Source: Trichlorobacter lovleyi SZ (GTDB lineage Bacteria > Desulfobacterota > Desulfuromonadia > Geobacterales > Pseudopelobacteraceae). Taken from it: a DNA stretch of 32,000 nt. The notes under the pieces were generated by a model. The model worked only from the letters and a program-made list of their open reading frames with translations. It did no database searches and was not told where the DNA came from. The stretch lies in assembly GCF_000020385.1 (NCBI RefSeq), contig NC_010814.1, forward strand, positions 3,030,001 through 3,062,000, written 5' to 3'. Below are positions 18,525 through 26,047 of this stretch, piece after piece. Each line of letters starts with the position of its first letter. The stretch's first letter is position 1. Position numbers and translations under genes: made by a program.

Positions 18525-18558
18525 AAGGGCCAGGTCAAGTACCTGGCCCTTATTTTTT
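18525..18558 (+). terminator. Rho-independent terminator of tRNA-Gly
   Basis: AAGGGCCAGGT-caagt-ACCTGGCCCTT is followed by ATTTTTT. Confidence 0.85.
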
Positions 18559-18631
18559 AGGCCTTCGCGGCCTTTTCATTTTTCTGTGCATAACGCCTGC
18601 CAACTACTATTCCTTACCAATTCAGTCAAGC

Positions 18632-18660
18632 CTGTGCCTTGTCTGTGCCTTAACTGTGCC
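18632..18660. repeat. Three direct CTGTGCC repeats with exact 11-bp phasing
   Basis: CTGTGCC occurs at 18632, 18643 and 18654, and a degenerate TTGTGCC at 18701. Confidence 0.6.
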
Positions 18661-18702
18661 ATGCGATTTTTGTGGTTTACCAAAGCATGACTGCAATCCC
18701 TT

Positions 18703-19065
18703 GTGCCAAAATACTCAATTGATACAGAATGTTATCGCGTAGTCTTTCAAGGCGGACTCATGGAGGAGCCATACTTAAAAACTTATTGTGATATCAGGCC
18801 CCAACGTTTCCAACCGTGGTGTGCTATTAGTAAAAATCTCTGCTGCCGCCTGCATCAATGCATTGACACGGCAACAGACCGGTCAGTGCTCGGAACACTG
18901 AATCAATCACGCTTTGAGTTTGATTTCTTTCTTGATGATTACAGCAACGTACTTGATGTTAATCCTCTGGCAGCAGCCAAATGGTTCAATCATCGGCCGT
19001 TGACTGCACGAGGGAAATGGCTCTGGGCTGATGATGAGATGCTTGCATTGGTCAGTTCATTGTAG
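18703..19065 (+). CDS. Hypothetical Cys-rich protein (weak call)
   Basis: This 120-aa ORF is the only ORF in the interval. It has no recognisable motif and no clear RBS. Confidence 0.3.
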   Translation: MPKYSIDTECYRVVFQGGLMEEPYLKTYCDIRPQRFQPWCAISKNLCCRLHQCIDTATDRSVLGTLNQSRFEFDFFLDDYSNVLDVNPLAAAKWFNHRPLTARGKWLWADDEMLALVSSL

Positions 19066-19170
19066 GGAGCATGCCACCAGTTCTTTTTGCATGATTGATG
19101 GTATTAATCTAAAGACAAAAGGTTAGAATTATTGTAGAATAACTCAAACTTCGCACACTCAGAGACCATC

Positions 19171-19923
19171 ATGAACTACGAAAACAGACTGCTCGATAAC
19201 GATAGGCTCCAGGAAAGAATACGGGGCCACCGTCCGCTTGATGCCTACGAGGTCAAGCAACTCAAAGAGTACTATCGCATCGGCCTTACCTACACCAGCA
19301 ATGCACTGGAAGGGAACAGCCTGACCGAGAGTGAAACCAAGGTGGTACTGGAAGACGGTATTACCATCGGTGGAAAACCGCTGAAAGACCACTTTGAGGC
19401 GATCGGTCACAGTGAGGCGTTTGACCTGCTGTACAGACTGGCAGAGCGTCAGGAGATAACGGAAGCCGACATACTTGACCTGCACCGTCTGTTCTACTAC
19501 CGGATTGATGCCGAAACTGCCGGGAAGTATCGGGAGCGCAACGTCATCATCACCGGTACTGACTTCACCCCACCGGCACCAGCCGCTGTGCCGTCAGCCA
19601 TGGCTGAGTTTTTGGGCAATCTGCCGTCACTGCGCTCCCTGCATCCCGTCGAATATTCCGCCATGCTGCATCTGCAGCTGGTGACCATCCACCCCTTTAT
19701 TGACGGCAACGGCAGAACCGCTCGACTGCTGATGAACCTGGCCCTGCTGCAGGCAGGCTATCCTATTACCATTATCCCGCCGATTATCCGGGCTGACTAT
19801 ATCGCAGCCCTGCGGACTTCAAACAAAGGCGACAACCAGCCGTTCATCAACTTCATCTCCTGCTGTGTGTGGGAGAGCCAGAAGGAATACCTGCGGCTGC
19901 TGGAAAGCCTTGACCGGAGCTAG
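19171..19923 (+). CDS. Fic family protein (class II, putative AMP transferase)
   Basis: The product has the canonical Fic motif HPFIDGNGRTARLL and an N-terminal inhibitory-helix motif TSNALEG ([S/T]xxxE[G/N]). Confidence 0.92.
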   Translation: MNYENRLLDNDRLQERIRGHRPLDAYEVKQLKEYYRIGLTYTSNALEGNSLTESETKVVLEDGITIGGKPLKDHFEAIGHSEAFDLLYRLAERQEITEADILDLHRLFYYRIDAETAGKYRERNVIITGTDFTPPAPAAVPSAMAEFLGNLPSLRSLHPVEYSAMLHLQLVTIHPFIDGNGRTARLLMNLALLQAGYPITIIPPIIRADYIAALRTSNKGDNQPFINFISCCVWESQKEYLRLLESLDRS

Positions 19924-19929
19924 TGACCG

Positions 19930-20733
19930 ATGACCTCTTCATGCACCACGGCATGCGCTGACAAACTCAATCTGATCTACTTCTCCCCCACCAGTACCAC
20001 CCGCAGGATCGTTGAGCAGATCGCTGCCGGGCTCAAAATCGATACGGTTGAAACCTGCGACCTCACGCACCGGCCTGATGGTATCAACGCCTGTCTGAGT
20101 GACGGTATTGCCATCATCGGTGTGCCGGTCTATGCCGGCCGGGTGCCGGAGGTCTGTCTGCAGCGGCTGCAGGGCCTGTCTGCTGTCGATGTCCCCGCCA
20201 TCATCGTGGTGCTGTACGGCAACCGGGAGTTCGAGGACGCGCTGGTAGAGCTGCGGGACGTGGTTACGCAAAAGGGGTTTAAGGTGATTGCCGCCGGAGC
20301 CTTTATCGGTGAGCACTCCTACTCGACAGCACAACAGCCGATCGCTGCAAACCGGCCCGATCAGGCTGATCTCCAGCAGGCGTTTGCCTTTGGCGAAGCG
20401 ATCGCACAACAACTGCGCGACGGCATAGCAACGCTGCCCGGCATCCCGGGCAATCTGCCCTATAAGGAGCGCCCACCCCTGGGTGGCATCGCGCCGGAAA
20501 CCGATCCCCAGCGCTGCACGCTGTGTGGTGCCTGCGCCAGGGCCTGCCCCACTACGGTGATTACCGTGCAGCAGACCGTTATCACCGATGCCGCACGCTG
20601 CATTCTCTGCTGTGCCTGCACCCGCAGCTGCCCGACCCAGGCCCGCTTCGTCAACCACCCGATGGTGACGGCCCGGCGTGAGATGCTGGTGCAGAACTAC
20701 AGCGCCCGCAAGCAACCATCACGTTTTTTCTGA
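19930..20733 (+). CDS. Flavodoxin-like domain fused to a 2x[4Fe-4S] ferredoxin domain (EFR1-type)
   Basis: The N-terminal flavodoxin-like fold reads LIYFSPTSTT...IIGVPVYAGR. The C-terminus carries two cluster motifs, CTLCGACARACP and CILCCACTRSCP. Confidence 0.8.
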   Translation: MTSSCTTACADKLNLIYFSPTSTTRRIVEQIAAGLKIDTVETCDLTHRPDGINACLSDGIAIIGVPVYAGRVPEVCLQRLQGLSAVDVPAIIVVLYGNREFEDALVELRDVVTQKGFKVIAAGAFIGEHSYSTAQQPIAANRPDQADLQQAFAFGEAIAQQLRDGIATLPGIPGNLPYKERPPLGGIAPETDPQRCTLCGACARACPTTVITVQQTVITDAARCILCCACTRSCPTQARFVNHPMVTARREMLVQNYSARKQPSRFF

Positions 20734-20740
20734 GGGGACC

Positions 20741-21127
20741 ATGGCCAAGGGATACCGGGCAAACAAGGAACGCCAGCAAGAGCTGCAGAGCTTTGGCAAG
20801 TCCGTCGGCAAACGGGCCGAATTCAAGTGCGAGTGGTGCGAGTCCAAGGACGACCTGCGCCTGTGGGACTATCAGCCGGATCTGTCGCCCGATATGGATT
20901 CGCTGGCGCTTTTGTGCCAGAACTGCCGAGAACTGGCCGATGGCCGCAGGGCCGAACTGAACGAATTGCGCTCAATCCGTAACGCCCTCTGGAGCAATGT
21001 GCCGGCCGTGGCTGAAGGTGCGGCACGGGTGCTGGCCCAATGTAAGGAAGCCTGGACGCGTGAGGCGATTGAGGAGAGCTTTATTGACGACGCGGTCAAG
21101 ACGACCATCCTTAAACAGTTCACCTAA
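20741..21127 (+). CDS. Zinc-ribbon protein, reminiscent of the PhnA/YjdM-type N-terminal Zn-ribbon
   Basis: The start is ATG 20741. A CEWC...(26 aa)...CQNC pair sits in the context KCEWCES..DLRLWDY.P......D.LALLCQNC. The family assignment is tentative. Confidence 0.55.
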   Translation: MAKGYRANKERQQELQSFGKSVGKRAEFKCEWCESKDDLRLWDYQPDLSPDMDSLALLCQNCRELADGRRAELNELRSIRNALWSNVPAVAEGAARVLAQCKEAWTREAIEESFIDDAVKTTILKQFT

Positions 21128-21146
21128 TCAGTCAGGAGTGTTGTCG

Positions 21147-21323
21147 ATGTTTGAAACGCAGTACAACGAAGAAATGGAAGCTGAAGTCAGAAGGCTTGAT
21201 GCCAAGCAGCGCGCAATCAGCGCCGGCCATCCTGAATGGGACAATGCCTGCAAGATATGTTATTGCCGCTTGGAAGGGACCAATGACGCCGTCTGCGTAA
21301 AGTGTGCTCCAGGCCCGGAGTAA
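21147..21323 (+). CDS. Small (58 aa) CxxC...CxxC protein
   Basis: AGGAG lies 8 nt upstream of ATG 21147. The product has CKIC and CVKC pairs and sits 20 nt after the previous stop. Confidence 0.45.
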   Translation: MFETQYNEEMEAEVRRLDAKQRAISAGHPEWDNACKICYCRLEGTNDAVCVKCAPGPE

Positions 21324-21766
21324 ATGGCTGATTTTGTAAATCGTCATTGAGGATGAGCCGAATTGCCAACACATTTACAAAATTCAACTATAGCGTTGCT
21401 AAAGACGAATATGGTCACTTGGTGAACTAAGGTAAAATATGAGACTATTTATTGGTTTGGTCGAGCTGTCAAGCCGGTCTGGTTTGAGTGGAGGCGACGA
21501 AAGCACGCCATTCAGCAGACCACCTACACCTGGTCGGATAGGGTAGGGGATGACACGCGCCTTCACTTCTCGTTACTGATGGCGAGGCGTTGTTTGAGCT
21601 GGTCTACAGCACAACCAAGCAAAACTGGTAACTGTTGAATCTACAGGTGGTGTAGTGACACAGTCCTGGAGATCGGCATGGAGATCGGCACAAAAAAATA
21701 AAAAAACAAAAAAATTGTTAAATATAATTTATAAATATTGTATAGTTATATCAAGTAAAAGTCGGC

Positions 21767-23002
21767 ATGAAGATCGGCAATATGCACGATAAGATTTCCC
21801 ATATGGAGCCACTGCTTCCATCTCATGCATCCGCACTTGAAGATCTGGCGCGCGTGGTGGTCGCACAATCCGCCTCGCTCGGGGGACAGCTGCACCCGGT
21901 TACGCGCCAGGCGGTTGTCGAACTGCTTCGCCTGATTAACAGCTACTATTCAAACCTCATTGAGGGGCACAGCACCCATCCTATTGATATAGAGCGGGCC
22001 ATGAAGGCAGACTATGCACGTGACCCGGCCAAACGCGACCTGCAAACCGAGAGTCTTGCGCATATAAGCAGCCAACGCCGGCTGGAGGAACGTCTGCAGT
22101 CGGAACCTGAGCTAAATGTTGCCTCTGCAGATTTCATCTGCTGGCTGCATCGCACCTTTTACGATCAGCTGCCGGAAGATCTGTGTGTTGTGCGGGATGC
22201 GGAGACGGGTGAGGTGCAGCAGGTCGTGCCGGGACAGCTTCGTCAGCGCGAGGTCAAGGTTGGTCGCCATGTTGGCCCTGCTGCCGTGCAGGTAACCGCG
22301 TTTCTTGCACGGTTTGAAAAGGTCTATGCTCCATGCGGGCTGCATGGGCTGGCCCCGATCATTGCTGCGGCAGCATCCCATCACCGTCTGATGTGGATAC
22401 ACCCGTTCCTTGATGGTAACGGCCGGGTAACCCGACTCTACACCGATGCCTGTTTTCTTCGGTTGCCGTTATCGGGGTATGGGCTCTGGAACGTCAGCCG
22501 TGGCTTGGCCCGTCGTCGGAGTGAGTATATGGCTGCATTGAGTTGGGCTGATGCATTGCGGCGCAATGATCTGGACGGTCGCGGCAACCTGACTAATGAA
22601 GGGTTGGCCGGATTCTGCACATTTTTCCTTGAAACCTGTCTCGACCAGATCGTTTTCATGCAGGGTTTGCTCAAGCTGGATGGTCTGCTTGAGCGGTTAC
22701 AGGGGTATGTGCGTATGCGCAACGCAAAGCTGGTGCCGTCACCGAAGCCTGGCGTCTATGTTACTCTTAAGCTGGAAGCGGCCTATATGCTGCAGGAAGT
22801 GTTGTTGCGCGGCCAGCTCGCACGAGGCGATGTCATCCGTGCATCCGGCATGGCTGAGCGTACCGGCAGGATCGTACTGGGCCAACTGTTGGATGAGGGA
22901 CTGCTGGTGTCCGACTCTCCAAAGGGAGAGGTACGCCTGGGATTGCCAACCCATATTGCCGGCTACCTGTTTCCAGACCTCTATCCGGCGCAGATATCTT
23001 AG
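21767..23002 (+). CDS. Fic family protein (long form, class II, with a C-terminal wHTH-like extension)
   Basis: The product has Fic motif HPFLDGNGRVTRLY and an upstream inhibitory motif SNLIEG. About 130 aa follow the Fic core. Confidence 0.9.
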   Translation: MKIGNMHDKISHMEPLLPSHASALEDLARVVVAQSASLGGQLHPVTRQAVVELLRLINSYYSNLIEGHSTHPIDIERAMKADYARDPAKRDLQTESLAHISSQRRLEERLQSEPELNVASADFICWLHRTFYDQLPEDLCVVRDAETGEVQQVVPGQLRQREVKVGRHVGPAAVQVTAFLARFEKVYAPCGLHGLAPIIAAAASHHRLMWIHPFLDGNGRVTRLYTDACFLRLPLSGYGLWNVSRGLARRRSEYMAALSWADALRRNDLDGRGNLTNEGLAGFCTFFLETCLDQIVFMQGLLKLDGLLERLQGYVRMRNAKLVPSPKPGVYVTLKLEAAYMLQEVLLRGQLARGDVIRASGMAERTGRIVLGQLLDEGLLVSDSPKGEVRLGLPTHIAGYLFPDLYPAQIS

Positions 23003-23267
23003 ATCTCCCAAGCTGCATGTCTATGCACCGCTCCATAATCCACCTCAGAATGAAAACCATGCAAGTGTGTCAGTAGATTACTTCAAAGCTTTTCCACTTT
23101 GGAGTTTGCAACGTTTCAGTTCTTGCCTCTATGAGAGGAGCTACCATAAATGATCACAGAGGGCACCGGTAGACTTGGGACTCTATTTGGGGAGGGTATG
23201 GTGCTACAGAAGATCACTCTTTACTTCTGTTCCATGTGACAAGGACAGATTGGTGTCCTGATAAATC

Positions 23268-23615
23268 TTACTCCTGTCCACGGTTCATCTCTCGTATCTG
23301 CGGCCAATACTGGCTACTAAACAGTACTTCTTGGAACTCGCGGAGACTTGATTGTTTTCCATTGCGAGGTTTTGGCCAGGCCTTTTCAAAAAAATCCCAG
23401 GCAGCCTTTTCATTACCGGTGTAAATAAGATCAAGCATGGTACTCCAAAGCAAGGTAGGTGTAGACCAAATCGAGACCGGAAGAGGAAGGTTTTCGCTGT
23501 TTTCCCATTGTTCGTCAGTTTGTACTACTTGTGATATTTCACGCAGCTTTTTACGCGATAATGGCGGTTTCCGCATCAAATCATAGACAACAAGGCAGTC
23601 CACTTTGCCAGTCAC
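23268..23615 (-). CDS. Hypothetical protein (uncertain; GTG start; overlaps the CHAT remnant by about 50 nt)
   Basis: This is a 115-aa ORF in AT-rich DNA (…AAWDFFEKAWPKP…). It has no recognised family and no ATG start. Confidence 0.3.
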   Translation of the reverse strand: MTGKVDCLVVYDLMRKPPLSRKKLREISQVVQTDEQWENSENLPLPVSIWSTPTLLWSTMLDLIYTGNEKAAWDFFEKAWPKPRNGKQSSLREFQEVLFSSQYWPQIREMNRGQE

Positions 23616-24047
23616 TTTGTACTGGATTCTGTTAATGAAACCATGTCCTACCTCTTACTTGGTGATGGGAGTAAAATACGCATGGATGAGTTGCGAGAAC
23701 TACCACAACTGTTCAAGGGTGTAGAGCTTGTGGCTTTCTCAGCATGCAGTACTGGCCTAGGAACAACCAATACAAAAGGTCGTGAAGTTGACGGTATCGG
23801 ATATTTGGGTGAACTACAAGGTGCTAAAACCGTTCTTGCGACCCTCTGGCCAGTTGAGGATATGAGTACCAGTATGTTGATGCGTGAGTTCTACAAAGCG
23901 CGTGAAATCGGTAATACAAAACCTGATGCATTACGAAAGGCCCAACTAGCCTTGTTAATGGAGACATTTAAGTCAGAAGACGGGTATGATTTTACCCATC
24001 CATATTTTTGGGCTCCGTTTATTCTATTACTCCGGCAAATAAAATGA
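23562..24047 (+). pseudogene. C-terminal remnant of a CHAT-domain (caspase-like) protease
   Basis: The frame is open from 23562 and reads ...AVHFASHFVLDS...LLLGDG...VELVAFSACSTGLG...HPYFWAPFILL. This matches the CHAT catalytic His (HxAxH) and Cys (SAC.TG) blocks and the C-terminal HPYYWA block. All upstream domains, and any start codon before the His block, are missing. Confidence 0.7.
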
Positions 24048-24086
24048 TCAATTACGCTGCGTAGCTTACGCAGCGATGTTCGAAAA

Positions 24087-25502
24087 ACTTTTGGCTCTTC
24101 AGCAGAATCTGTGGGTAGCCTCAGGTTCTGGCAGGTTGCCAAGTGTATGATACAAGGCGATTTTCATCACTTCAAAGTTTCTGAAACCGTATGCTTTACG
24201 TGAGGTCACTTTAGCCTTGTTGTTGAATCCTTCTACGGCCCCCAAGGCAACCTGCCCTTTGGTCCGAAACCAGTTGAGTAACAGCTCCCGATGCGAGCGC
24301 AGCATCTTGGCAATCTTCTTCATCGGGATGATGCGTGACCTCATGGTTCTTTTGCACCAAGCATCCAGAAATCTGGCAGCCCAGCCCGCAGTGGCATAGC
24401 GCCAGAAGAACTGGAACTCCTCTTTGAGGAGATAGGCCCGGACGGTTTTCAAGTTAATGGCCAGCAGTTCATTCAGCTTGATGCTCTGCTTCTCCGTCAG
24501 GTGTTCAGGCCGTTTGAGCAGGCACCAGCGGCTACCGGTCAGCACCGGTTCCTGGCCCTTGGCTTTCAGTTCTCTGGCTTCCGTTGCCCGGACCTTGTCG
24601 ACAGCTTTGCCGAAGTGGGTCATGACATGGAACCGGTCAAGGATATGCATGGCTTGACCTGCAACCTCGGCGACGATCCGCAGGTATGGCTTCCACATGT
24701 CGCTGCAGATGAACCGAAGGTGTGCTGTTCGCTCTTTGCCAAACTCCTTGAAGAACTGCCGCAACGTTTTCTGGGTCCGCTCCTTGCCGACCCACAGCAG
24801 GCGTTTGCATCCGGCATCGATCTGGTAAACCAGGGTCAGGTACTTGTGCCCCTTTTTCCAGGCAATCTCGTCGATGCCGATGGCGGTTATGGTGTCGAGG
24901 TCGCGGTGGGCCAGTCCCCAGGCAACGGCCATTTTGACCGAGCGGAAGACGTTGTCCCAACTGGTCTGAAACACTTGCCCCACTTCCTTCCACGACAACC
25001 GCCTGGCCCAGCGGGCCAGGAACCAGGCATAGGTGGTGGTCAGGTGGTTCTTGCCGGTGGCCCAGGGGACTTGTTCCACCTTCACACCGCAGGATGGGCA
25101 ACTGACCCGGCGCATGGCGTAGAGGAAGAACACGGCAATGCCCCATAGCGGCACGAACTCAAACCGGCGCACAGGCAAGGTGTCATAGCCGGGACCAGGT
25201 TTGCCGCATCTGGAACAGACAGGCTGCCTGTTCTTGCGGGGGCGGATCTCAATGTCAAGGACCGTGCGCTGTCCCTTGTTTCGCTGGTGGACAGCGCCAT
25301 ACACAAAACCTTGATGCGGTTGAACGAAATTCAGTATAGACTTGAGCTGCATCCCGCTCTCCTTGTCTGTATTGGGTTTCTTGGTCGAAACACACAATGA
25401 CAGATTTGTAGGCGGGATGCTCTATTTCGTTCACCAGGTAGCTGCTCAGACCATCTTCGGCAGGTCAGTTACCCATAAATTCTGCGGAAGAACCCTAAAA
25501 GT
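24087..25502 (-). mobile_element. Complete ISL3-family insertion sequence (about 1.4 kb)
   Basis: The imperfect terminal inverted repeats are ACTTTTGGCTCTTCAGCAGAATCTGTGGGTAG (left) and the reverse complement of the right end, ACTTTTAGGGTTCTTCCGCAGAATTTATGGGTAA. They enclose a single transposase ORF that runs into the IR. The exact tips are uncertain by about 6 bp. Confidence 0.8.
24099..25352 (-). CDS. ISL3 family transposase
   Basis: The product has an N-terminal zinc finger (CSRCG...CPSCG) and ISL3/DDE layout (IGIDEIAWKKGHKYLTLV ... ICSDMWKPY ... DRFHV). The start ATG 25352 is 5 nt after GGAGA. Confidence 0.92.
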   Translation of the reverse strand: MQLKSILNFVQPHQGFVYGAVHQRNKGQRTVLDIEIRPRKNRQPVCSRCGKPGPGYDTLPVRRFEFVPLWGIAVFFLYAMRRVSCPSCGVKVEQVPWATGKNHLTTTYAWFLARWARRLSWKEVGQVFQTSWDNVFRSVKMAVAWGLAHRDLDTITAIGIDEIAWKKGHKYLTLVYQIDAGCKRLLWVGKERTQKTLRQFFKEFGKERTAHLRFICSDMWKPYLRIVAEVAGQAMHILDRFHVMTHFGKAVDKVRATEARELKAKGQEPVLTGSRWCLLKRPEHLTEKQSIKLNELLAINLKTVRAYLLKEEFQFFWRYATAGWAARFLDAWCKRTMRSRIIPMKKIAKMLRSHRELLLNWFRTKGQVALGAVEGFNNKAKVTSRKAYGFRNFEVMKIALYHTLGNLPEPEATHRFC

Positions 25503-25584
25503 ACCGGGTGAGGCGTTCGATTACATGACCAGGGTATTCGAAGGCATGAAAGAAGCGCCTGACAACAGTATATAATTAACTAGC

Positions 25585-25923
25585 TTAGAAAAGCGCCACC
25601 TGATCATCTTCAAGCATGGCATCGACTACTGAAGAGCAGCTTTCATTTTCTTGTTTATCAGATGTGGATACTCTGGGTTTAGCTGTAGGGCTAGGGCTAA
25701 GGTTATTTCGATCTGAGCGACCACTGTCTTTTGGGTTGGCTAATGATCTGCTATAGCGTTGGCTTAGCTCTTGAGCTGTCAACCCACTTATTCTGCTCAA
25801 CACCTCTCCCGTCCTACCCTCACGAATCAAAATTTCTGCTGCTTCCTCCGCAAAATTTCGCTGCCAGCGTGAATTGATTTTTCTTAAACCATCACGGGGG
25901 GTTATGGACAATCTTTTCGGCAT
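25585..25923 (-). CDS. Small putative DNA-binding protein (HTH-like), divergent from the XRE gene
   Basis: GGAGG lies 6 nt upstream of ATG 25923. An HTH-like segment (GEVLSRISGLTAQELSQRY) is followed by a Ser/Pro-rich tail. Confidence 0.5.
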   Translation of the reverse strand: MPKRLSITPRDGLRKINSRWQRNFAEEAAEILIREGRTGEVLSRISGLTAQELSQRYSRSLANPKDSGRSDRNNLSPSPTAKPRVSTSDKQENESCSSVVDAMLEDDQVALF

Positions 25924-26047
25924 TTGCACCCTCCAGAATGAAAATTTAAACCCAGTATAACTATAATAACAATTATGTAAATATATTTATTGATAAACGC
26001 AACTAATGGTGATAAACAACATTTAAATTTATATGTTGGAGGCATTA

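Noticed and set aside
21132-21374. An 80-aa minus-strand ORF overlapping the small CxxC gene.
   Set aside because: It is antisense to a plus-strand ORF that has a good RBS and operon context. It also ends inside the 11-bp inverted repeat and has no motifs.
23150-23239. A 29-codon mini-ORF (MITEGTGRLGTLFGEGMVLQKITLYFCSM) 9 nt after GAGGAG.
   Set aside because: The RBS spacing is good, but the ORF is too short and featureless to support from sequence alone. It might be real, but I cannot defend it.
25342-25575. A 77-aa plus-strand ORF crossing the right end of the ISL3 element.
   Set aside because: It starts antisense to the transposase 5' end and runs across the IS terminal repeat into flanking DNA, with no RBS. 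It is a chimeric artefact.
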